Source: Bugula neritina
Lineage: Eukaryota; Animalia; Bryozoa
Direction of reading: 5' to 3'
NCBI GenBank assembly: GCA_964035545.1
Contig: OZ037768.1
Location: forward strand, 17,529,875 to 17,593,874
Length of the DNA stretch: 64,000 bases
In this document: one piece after another, positions 42,454 to 53,800 of the stretch
Numbering within the stretch: position 1 is the first letter of the stretch
Layout of the letters: each line of letters opens with the position of its first letter
Program-made: the position numbers and the translations under genes
Notes under the pieces: generated by a model
Told to the model about the DNA's origin: nothing
What the model saw: only the letters and a program-made list of their open reading frames with translations
Databases searched by the model: none

Positions 42454-43157
42454 ATGGACTTCGAGGATGAGGAATTGCCAGCGCCCTTCCACCGTCGATG
42501 GCGGTGGGTATCACCAGCCACAGATCAAAAGATTGAGGCCGCTTGGGGCCCTAGTGGGAGCACCGTGTGTCAGTTATGTCATGAATCCTCAGCGTTCATC
42601 CGCTCATTAAAAGCACACGTGGACACTCATTATTTACTAGTTTTCTGTCTTTGCGGATACCTCGATGTCCACTCCTATGCTGTCTCGGAACACCAGGCGT
42701 GGACTGATTGTTATTTAGGAGTCACCTTTACAGTTGACGCGGATAACTATCCTGATTTCTTCGATGTTATTTGTCCACTAGTCTACAAGGGTATGCTCAT
42801 GGCCGTCCTCTCTCAAGGGTTCCCACTACTGCAGGAGAACGCAGTCTATTGATCTTGCATTTCCGATAGCACTAGACAAGCTGAGCCAACTCCTCCACCA
42901 ACCAAACGAACAGCTCGAAGAGTTACAGAAGATGAAGTGGATTTATCCCCCGCAAACCTCCTGCCACAGCTGAGTGTCCTAGCCGCCTGTCTAATGTGGA
43001 ACATAGGCTTCAGCGGTTACAGGTTGGCTTTGGCCAGCTGGCACTCCGGCTCTTGGCCGCCACTACTGGAATATATCAATTAAAAGATTCGGTGGGCCGC
43101 ATTAAACAGAAACTTTGTATCCACAAATCCAGGTCCGGTTCGTACCAAGCTAAATGA
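42454..43157 (+). pseudogene. Accessory ORF inside the Gypsy element: zinc-finger-like motifs plus C-terminal coiled coil (one stop, one frameshift)
   Basis: CQLC-x12-HVDTH and CLC..H motifs. Beyond the TGA at 42850 and a frameshift, it reads LSNVEHRLQRLQVGFGQLALRLLAATTGIYQLKDSVGRIKQKL to a TGA at 43155-43157. Confidence 0.7.
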
Positions 43158-43394
43158 ATAAGCCCTATTTCGAGCATATATCTGTGGGGCATGTTTTTCC
43201 TGCTTCACTCAATAGACGGCGTTATGTTCATGTACTTAACAATCCTTTTCTTATCTGTTCTAATATCGTACTAATACTGATATATCTGTGTGTTGCTTCT
43301 CTTTATGCATATGTTTGTCATTTTATTGTATTATTGTATCATGTTTTTGCCATTCTTCTTTTTTATCAGAAAGTGGGCTTTCTACTGGTGGGGG

Positions 43395-45224
43395 CAGGGA
43401 TGTAGTGGTACCCATACGGTCCCATACGCCGTATGGCCTAGAAGAAAATAGACTGTTCTAGGCCATACGCCCGTATGGGCATAATATTTTTGAAAGATGA
43501 TTAGTGCACAGGATAGTTAGGGCATCCTCACTGAGAATATCATAAATTTCGCTCACAATCTAATTTAAGTTCTTGTTATGTTAATGCTATGTGGGTGGTA
43601 TGCGTGTTGCCTACTTGTGATTGTTTAGCCTGAGATTACACTATGAATAATGAGCAGCTATCAACATTTCATCTTCTTATCTCTACGTGTTCACTGAAGC
43701 GCGAAGTGCTGTGCATTGGTGATTAATAAGGAAAAAATCTTTCATTTTCGGTGTATAAATCACTAACTTGTAGAAAATCTATGAAGGCTATTGAAAAGAT
43801 CAAAAAATTTGCCATGCATAAATTTCTCAGGTTTCCGACAGTGTTTGTTCTATTCAAATACCGTGCTTTCCTGCTGAGATATTTGGCAGGGATTGAAAAA
43901 TAAATTTTTCAGGTAAAATTGGTCAAAAATGGGTAGATTTTTGTCTATAACTTTGCAAAAAAATATTGAAAATTCAAAAAAGCAAGTGCTCTGAAGAACA
44001 GAAAGATCTAAAACATGGTTTTTAAATTTTAATTCTAGCACAATTAAGTGAGGTTTTATTTGGCAGGACTGAATTCTTATAATAATTATACCAATAATGT
44101 CGCCTCAGCAAGGCAGTGACAGCTAAATGGTTACCCTTATCTATCTTGTGTGGACTTGCATTTTGTCAACAAGCAATGGAATTTGGAAAAAAACAACATG
44201 AAATCCAGAAACAAAATCAAAATGTCTTCAAGAAATAGTACCAGGTGTGTAGGAGAGGCTAATGAAAATTTATCACTGAGGTCTATACAGGTACTATATC
44301 CACATTTTGGTCAAAAACCAAGTGTTATTGCATGTTAATTATCAATGCAATCAATGCAATAAGGTTTTGCAAACTGTACACCACCATAAGTAACCGTTTA
44401 TGTTTGATTGTACTAACTAACATCTGGCCTTATATTTAATCATCTTCTAGGTTAACACATATTAAACCTGTCAATTTTTTTCATTTGGGGTATGTTTCCT
44501 TGATTTGTCTAGTGAAAGTTCAGGGGTTTTATTTTAAAACCAAGTTAACATACTCTTCTTGGGTGTGCTTTTTTGTGTGTTAGAAGGTGTGGTGGTATCT
44601 CCTTATGGATTAGACTAGTACTCCAATAAACTCCAATTAGGTTTTTAACCAATTTCTGCTTGCCAATGAGTTATCAATTCAAATTGCTCTTTATAAATAA
44701 CAAACACACATTTTCTGATTTGCAATCTGCCTCTCTTCTGATCTATAATTCTTTTTCTGGGCACGTCGGTCTATTAGTTATTAATAAAATAATCAGGTTG
44801 CTTTTGGAGAGCACTTGTTACCTGCCTCTATCCTTCCATCTTTTTGAGATCTTCAGCAATTTTTCTGTACAGTTTGGACTTGGTGCATGTCAGAACAAAC
44901 CTAACTGCAGTTGAGTAAGACTTTACATTTAAAATTACAGTCAACAAGTATGGGACAATACTGAATATTTATATAGTTTGCAGCAATGCCCAGTCGTCAT
45001 GTAGCTGGTATGGTATGAAAATAATAGTGAGGTGCACATTTCAACGCATATTTTTTCAGAAGAATTAGAAATCACAATGGCTTTAAATTGCATAAATTTG
45101 CATCAGAAGAGCTCTGAGGGCTTCGGCGGCCGGGGCGCTGCCCCGGACCCCGCCGGGGGCCTTGGCGGCCCCCTGGACCCCCCCTGAGAGTATGGCCTAG
45201 AATATTTTTGCCACTACATCCCTG
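43395..45224. mobile_element. hAT-type non-autonomous DNA transposon inserted in the Gypsy polypurine tract
   Basis: Perfect 14-bp TIR CAGGGATGTAGTGG / CCACTACATCCCTG; perfect 8-bp TSD GGTGGGGG at 43387-43394 and 45225-45232; GC-rich subterminal tract at 45115-45190. Confidence 0.92.
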
Positions 45225-45235
45225 GGTGGGGGTGA

Positions 45236-45785
45236 TGTAATGGCTCATAGATAGCCAAGGGGGACTCGTCTTTTCCCCTTTTATGGACACTAACACTTGT
45301 GCTATACATTCTAGTTAGTCATAGCGTTTATCTTCTAGTCTGCTCGCTTGACATGCGAGAGGCCAACGTGATTAGGTCATACTAAACTGTTTCCTCCAAT
45401 CAAATTGGATATCAACACGTGATCCAGATATACATAAAAACAGTGTTTCCCGCAACGACAGTTGACACCGGCTAGGCTAGCAGTAAACAACTAATTGATA
45501 TTCTATTCTGTCCTGTTTTTATCGACTAATGTAAGAATTTTCTTTTTATTATATATTATTCTTCAATACATATTATTCTCAGCTTCTGATATATCTTGGA
45601 GTTGATTGCATTACATCCTAGGGATGCACTACTTAGAAACATACACAAGTACCCACAATAACATAGTTGGAAAACTATAACAGTATTGTCCGCAGTTGCT
45701 GGCGGTGCCGCCGCATGCTTTAGTAAGCACTGCATGTAGAGACGGCACAACTTAGAGTTGCCGTTCCTGACCATAATATATTACA
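45236..45785 (+). repeat. 3' LTR of the Gypsy element
   Basis: Starts TGTAAT three nt after the G-rich PPT; ends ATTACA at 45785 (alternative end GCCATTACA at 45836). Confidence 0.65.
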
Positions 45786-47831
45786 TTATGTTTACCAGGG
45801 AATACTGGAAAGGGTATACTTCTACTGGCCATTACAATATTCACATTGTAATCACAACAAAACTTAAACTTTATAGCTTTGTATTTACGTGCATGAGTGA
45901 GTTATAAAATTGTTTTTAATTTTATATGCATAAAAATTGTGTTTAAAAACTATACCAATAAACACAACTAAAGAAATGTACACATAAAATAAAAATTAAT
46001 AATAAAATAACAAAAGTGGCAAACTTTTCCTTTTATAACTTTTATAAACTCGCGGCAAAGCGCGGCATAATGATGTCCATATAGTTCCTTAAGATTTCAT
46101 GAAGTCGTCACTCTAGATATCTACCATCTCTGGCATTTACTTGTGTTGCATTGGTCGTACAAGTTCTATTTTAAAATAACTGGCTTATGCCGTTTAACTT
46201 ATACTTTATAGGTTATATTTATTCTTATACTTATAGTAATACTACTTATAGTAATAATAATAGTTGCGCTACAACTATATTTTGTTCAATTAGCCTAATC
46301 AACAAGTTTACTTACCTCACTTTTACATATACTGATACTGATAGTGATATAGTAATAGTTGGCATTACTATTACTATTACTATTAGTATAAGTATTACTA
46401 CTAGGCATTATCATTATCATTATGATGATGAATATCAATCTGGATAGCAGAATACGGTAATGCCTGTAACTGTAAGTGTAATTTGTACCAACTCTACGGT
46501 AAGTGTATTTGTACTCATACTGATAGTGATACTGTACTCATACTGATACTGTAACACTAACTGTAAGTATATTATTATTATAATTTAAATTATTAACATA
46601 TCATTATCATAATGATAATCATAATTAAGGATCTGAATAGTCATTTAATGATAATAAGTTAATATTTATAATTATAATTATTGTAGTCTTAACTTTTATT
46701 TTTGCAGCTACTCGGCTACTGTCAGTGTCACTCTTAGTCTTAGTCCTTAGGGCTTAGAGTTAGTACCAAAAGTCAATCTATACTCTTAGTCTTAGTATTG
46801 TCCTTACTATCAACTCTAATCCTGCTTCATTAAAAACCATTATCTGGTGATTTTTGGTAATGCAGTATTAGAGTTGTATATTCATACTCATACTGAGTCA
46901 AACGATAAAGTTAAACTTGGTCTTGACTCATTCTCAAAAACATAATTTGCTTTAGGTGTATTTACATTGATCTAAAAAAACCTTTCAAATTAAAATTGAA
47001 TATATTATTTAGCTTTTGTTAAGAATGAAAGAGGTTATCAGTTGATCACCGCAATCATAATAATAGTGCTTAGCCTATAGTAGCCTAGTCCTTATGCTAA
47101 TATTTATATTTTATCTTTTAAGCATTTCTTATTCAAATGTACACTGATAATCATTTTAATAAAATTTGTAAGTAACTTCATGCATTCAGCAACCTTTAGT
47201 AACTTAAACAAAAGTTAAGAGAATAAAGAGATACCTTTAATTATAACTATTTAAAGTTAGTAGCTATTATCTGTCAACAATATAATTAGTAGCTTTCATA
47301 AAAATATTGTTGAATTATTATGTTTTATAGACTGAAATGGACATACAATAGTTATAACATTTGGTTCTGTGGTTTGGTAAACTTGTATGCTAAATAACTT
47401 ATAGACAACCAGTAAACCGCTTAGCCAGCCCACTTGTATTTTTCATGCTAATGCTCAATGCACATATATTTATGTCAAATTTTTTCATCATGCTTCATTC
47501 TATTTAAAACACATTGGTAGATTATGTCAGTGAAATATTTTTATATTCAGATAAATGATAGTTTAATACTTTGCATTTTGAAATTGGTTGTTGGGCTTTA
47601 AGAAAGCAAGCTATACAAATATTCTAGTAGAACACTATTACCCAAGTTTCAGTTTTTTATTTTGCTCATTGAAATCATTATTTAAAAATTTACATTAATA
47701 TAAGTATTATCTAATGGTTTACCCAATACTGTAGTGTTTGTGTTATATAATGTAGGATAATTCTCATGTTATGGTATATTATTATTCTTTCAGATATTAC
47801 ATGTGTGGAATTGTAAAGATCTGGCTTCAAT

Positions 47832-50800
47832 ATGTATGAACAGAAAGAAGAAAATACTGAAAGGTCTGAGCTGAGTGCATATTCACAACTCATTTACCAT
47901 GTCATTCTACTACTATCTATAATTTATAATAATTTTACTATTTTATTGCATATGTATTTGAAACACTCTTTTGTTTCCCTGTGGTGAAAGGCATGCTACA
48001 TATTAACAGGAGAGAGCTCAACACACCAGAGAACTCTATGCAGAAAGATGATCTGCCGTGGGGAGAGTCTGAAGAAGACATCAATGAACTAGACAGCTCT
48101 TCTATCTGCAGCAAGCTCTCTAAAAAGACAGTGAAGTCTATTATATATGTATGTTTGCTAATGTGCTGTGAATTTATTCATAAACTATATTACCATCTTT
48201 TTACAGATATTAGCAATTATGTAACTTGCAAGAGATATGTTATAGTGTTTGGGTAAACTTTCATCCATTATAGCTTTACTTGTATTATCACAGCTATGTT
48301 AGCTACATTATGATTTTCCTACATTGATTTTGGGTATTGCACAACAGCTAACTTTTTAGACTGTTATATAAACCCGACATTTTCTATTATTCATTTACTT
48401 CACTTAAAACTTCACTTAATTGTTTTGCTCTTTTCGTTCAGTCAGTGACAAGAAATACTTCTATATATTAAAGCACAACAGCATGTATGGATGAATTTGT
48501 GGTTGCGGTTTGCATTAACTTATTATTGTGGTTTAACTTATTATTGTTCCTAAGCATAGTGTGAAAATTTATTAATACGAAGCAGTGAAAGTGCAGTGAT
48601 TGCTTTGTGTGGTATCTGTAAAATGATAGTAATACTCTACTTCTGCAGAACGTGGTGAAAGACGCTGATGTGCAGAAAATGTTAGCTAACTCCTTATCTC
48701 AAGATGGGACTAAACTCCTTCCTGCAACTTATGAGCCAAAAATGACAAGAGCTAAGATGAGACAAATCCTTTCTGAAGAAAAAAATGTAACAATTTTAAA
48801 TTACTAAATGTTTTATAGCATATTAAGTTGTAATATATGGAGTTATTTTCAGATTTAAAACATGCTTCGGGTTTTTTTAATGTAAGTGAAGATTTATGCA
48901 ACATTGAATTTTGTCTGAAGTTATGGTGTGGCAAACAAGAGAGATTTTATTTTTTGATAGATAATTACTATTCTTGCTACTGTTGTTTCAGCTTGTTACT
49001 TGCTACTTTTTAAACCAGTTTTATTTTTTCAGCTGATATTAAAGTCCTCGGCACATAAGCAGGTCAAAAACTTCACGGAACTAGAGTTTCCCGAAGATGA
49101 GAATGACGATGATTATGATTATGAAAGTGATGTCGAAGAAGAAGATCTTGCCGATGTATGTAGCTTTGTATTTTCACAAAAGAATTTGAAAGTGTTTAAA
49201 TGTATTCTGATATTTCTGATGCTATGCTCTTTCACACAAATTATCACTTACTGCTAGATAATACAGCACCATGGTAGTGTAGGTTAACTGACAACCTTTT
49301 TGTCTCTCGGAGTATACAAAAGAGTAAGTTTTGCCTTTTAATTATTCCGAGAAGTAAATCAGCTTTTAAAGATTAAAATGATAACAAATTCATAAAATTG
49401 ATTCATTTTCAATGATTTATTAGTTGTCTTAGTTCTTACAAATAATGTATGGACTTTTTTGTTTTATAAGTTTACTGTTCTTTTAGGTTTTAGAGTTATA
49501 TAGTGATGATGATGATATTGAAAGCAACATGTCGATGTGCGCAAGTGATCTAGGCTCGCCATCCTGCAATGTCTCACCTCAGGTTAATCGCAGATCTCCG
49601 TTGGTTTTACCAGTTATTCCAGCAAAGCACCAGAACATGGTAAATGTAATTTATAGCTTATATCTGTTTATTCAGGCAAAATGTTTGTGTACCATTAGAC
49701 TTTCTAGATAACTATTTTAACTGGATATATTGTCAGGTATAGCAAAAATACTTATCCTAAGAATGGTGGAACATCTTATAAAAATCTGTAATTAAGTTCT
49801 CATTTTATCTGCCCAAGAGAAGAAAACTTGACAGTAAACTTATCTTGTTTTTCAAAGAACTTTGTTTACTTGCAGCCACAGACTATAGATAGCTCGAGTA
49901 CCATCACACCGATGAGGACTACTCAGGAATCACAAAGGCGGTTTTTAGATGCTCTAGATAAACTTGATTTGGTAATTATTTAATTAATTCAAATGTTTCT
50001 GTCATTTTTGTTGCATAACAAGGTTTTTTTTTCATTTTTCATTAAATTCAATTTTCTTATTTCTCATCTTAACCAATTACTTGGCAAATTCACTACTCTT
50101 TAAGATTGATGACTCACTTAAAAATATTATGATAATTCCTCTAACTTTGGTAGATAAAGCTGTCACCTGTTAAAATATACTGTTGTGTTTTAAGTGTGTA
50201 GAAATATTTATTGTCGCAGACTGAAAGAAAATAGCAATGTGAAAAAGGTTATATCATAAGTTATAAGTCTCAAGTTACAAGTGTGAGACGCAAGTGTGTG
50301 GATAAGTGAAAAATGCTGGGTTTTTATACTAGTCAGGAAGGTTAGCTTTTGTGTTGTAGCTATAATGGATGTGGACAAAGCATAATATAGCTGGCCTAGC
50401 TGAGATGATATGTGAAAAGCTATTATGCATTGTGGAAAAGCTTTCCTCGTTTTATGTAAAGTCCCAACAATACTACTCTTTCTTTCAGTCCAATACAATA
50501 GCTAAGAGGACGAGATCACAACTTCCAATGAATGACACTTCGTTAGGAAATCTAGAGGCTGGGCTTGTCCCACCAGACATCACTGTAGACATGTATGAGG
50601 ACCCTGAGTTGGAGGACGTAAATGAGGATTGGCAGGAATTTCTAAATAGTCTCACTGCAGGGGGTAAGGTTGCTTGTAACGCAATTATATTTTATGAAAT
50701 AAGTTAAATTAATAATTTACAAATAGAAATATAACAGGGTAGTAGATATTAAATACTTTCAGATTTTATTATATGCATGTATAATTAGAGAACATATTTA

Positions 50801-53800
50801 AATAATTTACTTTATAGTGTAGTTTTGTAAATAGTTCTTATAGAAAATAGAAACAATCTTTGGTGAGTAGAATATTTTAGCTTTGTTGAGAGATGCTAAT
50901 GATACTGATATTCTTAGCCTGTGGATGTAGATTTACCCTGTGATGACGAGGATGACTTTGAGGCCGACCCTGAATACAATGTGCTGGCGGAACCTGAACA
51001 AGAAGCTGAAGATGATCATGTTCTCCCTTCCAAAGTAACCAGTCAGTATACTGCGAACTTTTCTAATCTCCTAATGGACCTCACCATAGTTTCTAGAATC
51101 TAGTGGCATAGTGATGCACTCAAATATGTATATATTATCAATGTATTCACATGTCTTATTTTATTTTGTTTAATAATTTTTGAGTTGCTAAAATTGCTTG
51201 AAAAATACAGATGGCAAATTTTTCTTTTTCGATTTATTTGAAGTTTGATTTCTAGTAATCTTTCTTTTTCCATTTAAATTAATAATTCGGTTTAATACGA
51301 AATTAATTAAAGTGTTTTAGCTCCTGAAATTGATGACGGTTTTAAGTTTCATAAGAATAGCAATGCTTGAATTAACCAACTTTCTGTTTTTCAATACTTG
51401 TAGAAAAAGAAATTCACGAGTTAATGGAAGAGCTTTATGAAAATGATTCTCAAGATAATGATGACAATAGTCAAGATGAATCACAATCTATATTCAATAA
51501 ACCCAGACCCATGCCTGTCAAGTAATCATTTCTCTATTGCAATATATTCTATATATTATCCAATTATCTATTATAGAATTACGTACTCTATATTATCTAA
51601 TTAAATGTAATACATTTGAGACCAGAAGAAAATAGTCCAGGTCCAACCATGTGAACCCCCACTTCAACCTTCCTCTTTTAATGTTTTTGTTTAATATGCA
51701 GTTGGAATGAATCATGAGTGTTTCTGTACATCTAATTTTTCTTTAAGCAAAGTTCATTGTTTGTAGTCAACCATTGACTGTGAGAAAGTTGATAGAGCTA
51801 AGTGCAGCACCCAGTGAGAGTAGCAAACCTTCTCTGTCTACACCCAGAGCTGTTGTTGAGGAGCCACCAAATCTTTGTCCCTTGACTCTCACGGCAAATG
51901 AGCAGAGGCAGCTAACCAGACAGATGCAGTGTGTGCGTACTCACTAGTAAAGAATATATAGTACTAACTGACAAAGAGTATATAGTACTCACTAGTAAAG
52001 AGTATATAGTACTAACTGACAAAGAGTATATAGTATTCACTAGTAAAGAATATATAGTACTAACTGACAAAGAGTATATAGTACTCACTAGTAAAGAATA
52101 TATAGTACTAACTGACGAAGAGTATATAGTACTCACTAGTAGAGAATATATTATAGTACTAACTGACAAAGAGTATATAGTACTCACTAGTAGAGAATAT
52201 ATTATAGTACTAACTGACAAAGAGTATATAGTACTCACTAGTAGAGAATATATTATAGTACTAACTGACAAAGAGTATATAGTACTCACTAGTAGAGAAT
52301 ATATTATAGTACTAACTGACAAAGAGTATATAGTACTCACTATTAAAGAGTATATAGTACTAACTGACAAAGAGTATATAGCGCTCACTGACAAAGAGTA
52401 TATAGTACTCACTGACTTAAAGCGTGTATAGTAATAACTGACAAAAAATGTATTGTGTGTATATAGTGTTGCTGTTAAGCATTTGCTAAGACAATATTTT
52501 TGCTTGAAAAGTAGCTTTTTTAATTCAAATGTTATATTACTTGAATACAAATGATTGACTGCGTAATTATAAATATGATAAAACCTAGTTTTTTATTTTT
52601 ATTAACTTTTGTGTTTTAGTTTGTTCAGATCCTAGCTCAGCAAGCTTTTCTCTCCCATCGACCTGCTCATCATCTCCATGTTCAATCTGTCCATTTTCTG
52701 GTGCGTATCTAACTATATGCTATGACTATAATTCTACATATCTATTGTTTTGTTTAACAGAGCTGTAAAGTAAAGTTTGCTAAATTTTGTATTCACAGCA
52801 AGTTCAAGTAGGTTTATATAATATTCGATTTTGCAGAAGGAAATCAGTGCATTTGCGACTGCCAGCGTTGCCGGAAAGGAGAGCATGTTTAATGTGTGTA
52901 ATCTTGGACATGCGTTGAACTTGGCATCCACTGAACAGGTGTGTTATGATGTAAAGGTGCAAAGTGCACTTTTTCGTAATGTCAAATTATCAACTACTTT
53001 TATAAAATGAACAAATAATTGATTTAATTTTTTTCCATTCTGTAATGTTTTGTTTTTGTATGTTTGCATGGGTAATAATTAAGATGAGGCCATTGGAATA
53101 ATGTATCATAAGGTTTATTATTGTAAGGTATAAAGTGTACAGCTTGACAGCATAGAAAGAACTTACTCTAATCTTAAGTATGAGATATATATGCATAACA
53201 TAGGGATGACTCACAAATCTGCTACATCATATGTATTTATAGCATATTACTGTTTGCTATATAACTAATGCAGCTAGTAAACAATATTGTACTATAAATT
53301 TCACATAAAATATACGTATGATGGCTAGTATTGCTTATATATCATATGTTTGCATGTTCAGACCACTGATGAGTCATATGTTTGCATGTTCAGACCACTG
53401 ATAAGTCATATGTTTGCATGTTCAGACCACTGATGAGTCATATGTTTGCATGTTCAGACTACTGATGAGTCATATGTATGCATGTTTAGACCACTGATGA
53501 GTCATATGTTTGCATGTTCAGACTACTGATGAGTCATATGTTTGCATGTTCAGACCACTGATGAGTCATATGTTTGCATGTTCAGACCACTGATGAGTCA
53601 GGGCCTGACTCATTATCTCTGAAGCAGAAGACCACTCTTGCTTCCTCTCCTGCCTGCATGTATCCAGAGCTGCTTCCTTCCTGTTCCTTTAAGAAGCAGT
53701 ATGGTCGGCCAAGAGCAAAGTTCAACCCTTCTGAAGATGTGTGAGTAATACTTGGTTTTGTAGTAGCCCGTTAGCTATTTGATATACGTGTCACAGGTGT

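Larger units (their letters stand above)
39678..45785 (+). mobile_element. 5'-truncated, degenerate Ty3/Gypsy LTR retrotransposon (RNase H, integrase, accessory ORF, PPT, 3' LTR)
   Basis: GC-rich island. RNase H AEKNYCTTHKELLAVIKAMKHFRPYL; integrase H..H..C..C (HKQAH..VRQCEICQ), VAVDLV, IHSDQGAQFQS, VECNNR; GPY/F motif KFVGPYLV. RNase H before integrase is the Gypsy order. Confidence 0.92.

Noticed and set aside
43401-43480. TGTAGT after the G-tract as the start of the 3' LTR
   Set aside because: It lies within the hAT TIR; the matching TIR and 8-bp TSD at 45211-45232 place the LTR start at 45236.
46040-46110. Small CpG cluster as the GON4L promoter
   Set aside because: Plausible position, but no diagnostic motif or TSS evidence in the sequence alone.
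46190-46900. 3/6-bp periodic low-complexity DNA (TACTAT, CATTAT, CTTAGT) upstream of GON4L
   Set aside because: Degenerate simple repeats; the ORF at 46187-46447 has no recognisable coding character.
51912-52550. KEYIVLTD and STIYSLSV repeat ORFs
   Set aside because: By-products of the 24-bp minisatellite in an intron.
53342-53600. 32-bp (and 34-bp at 8733) repeats as CRISPR arrays
   Set aside because: Head-to-tail repeats with no unique spacers, no cas genes, and a eukaryotic context.
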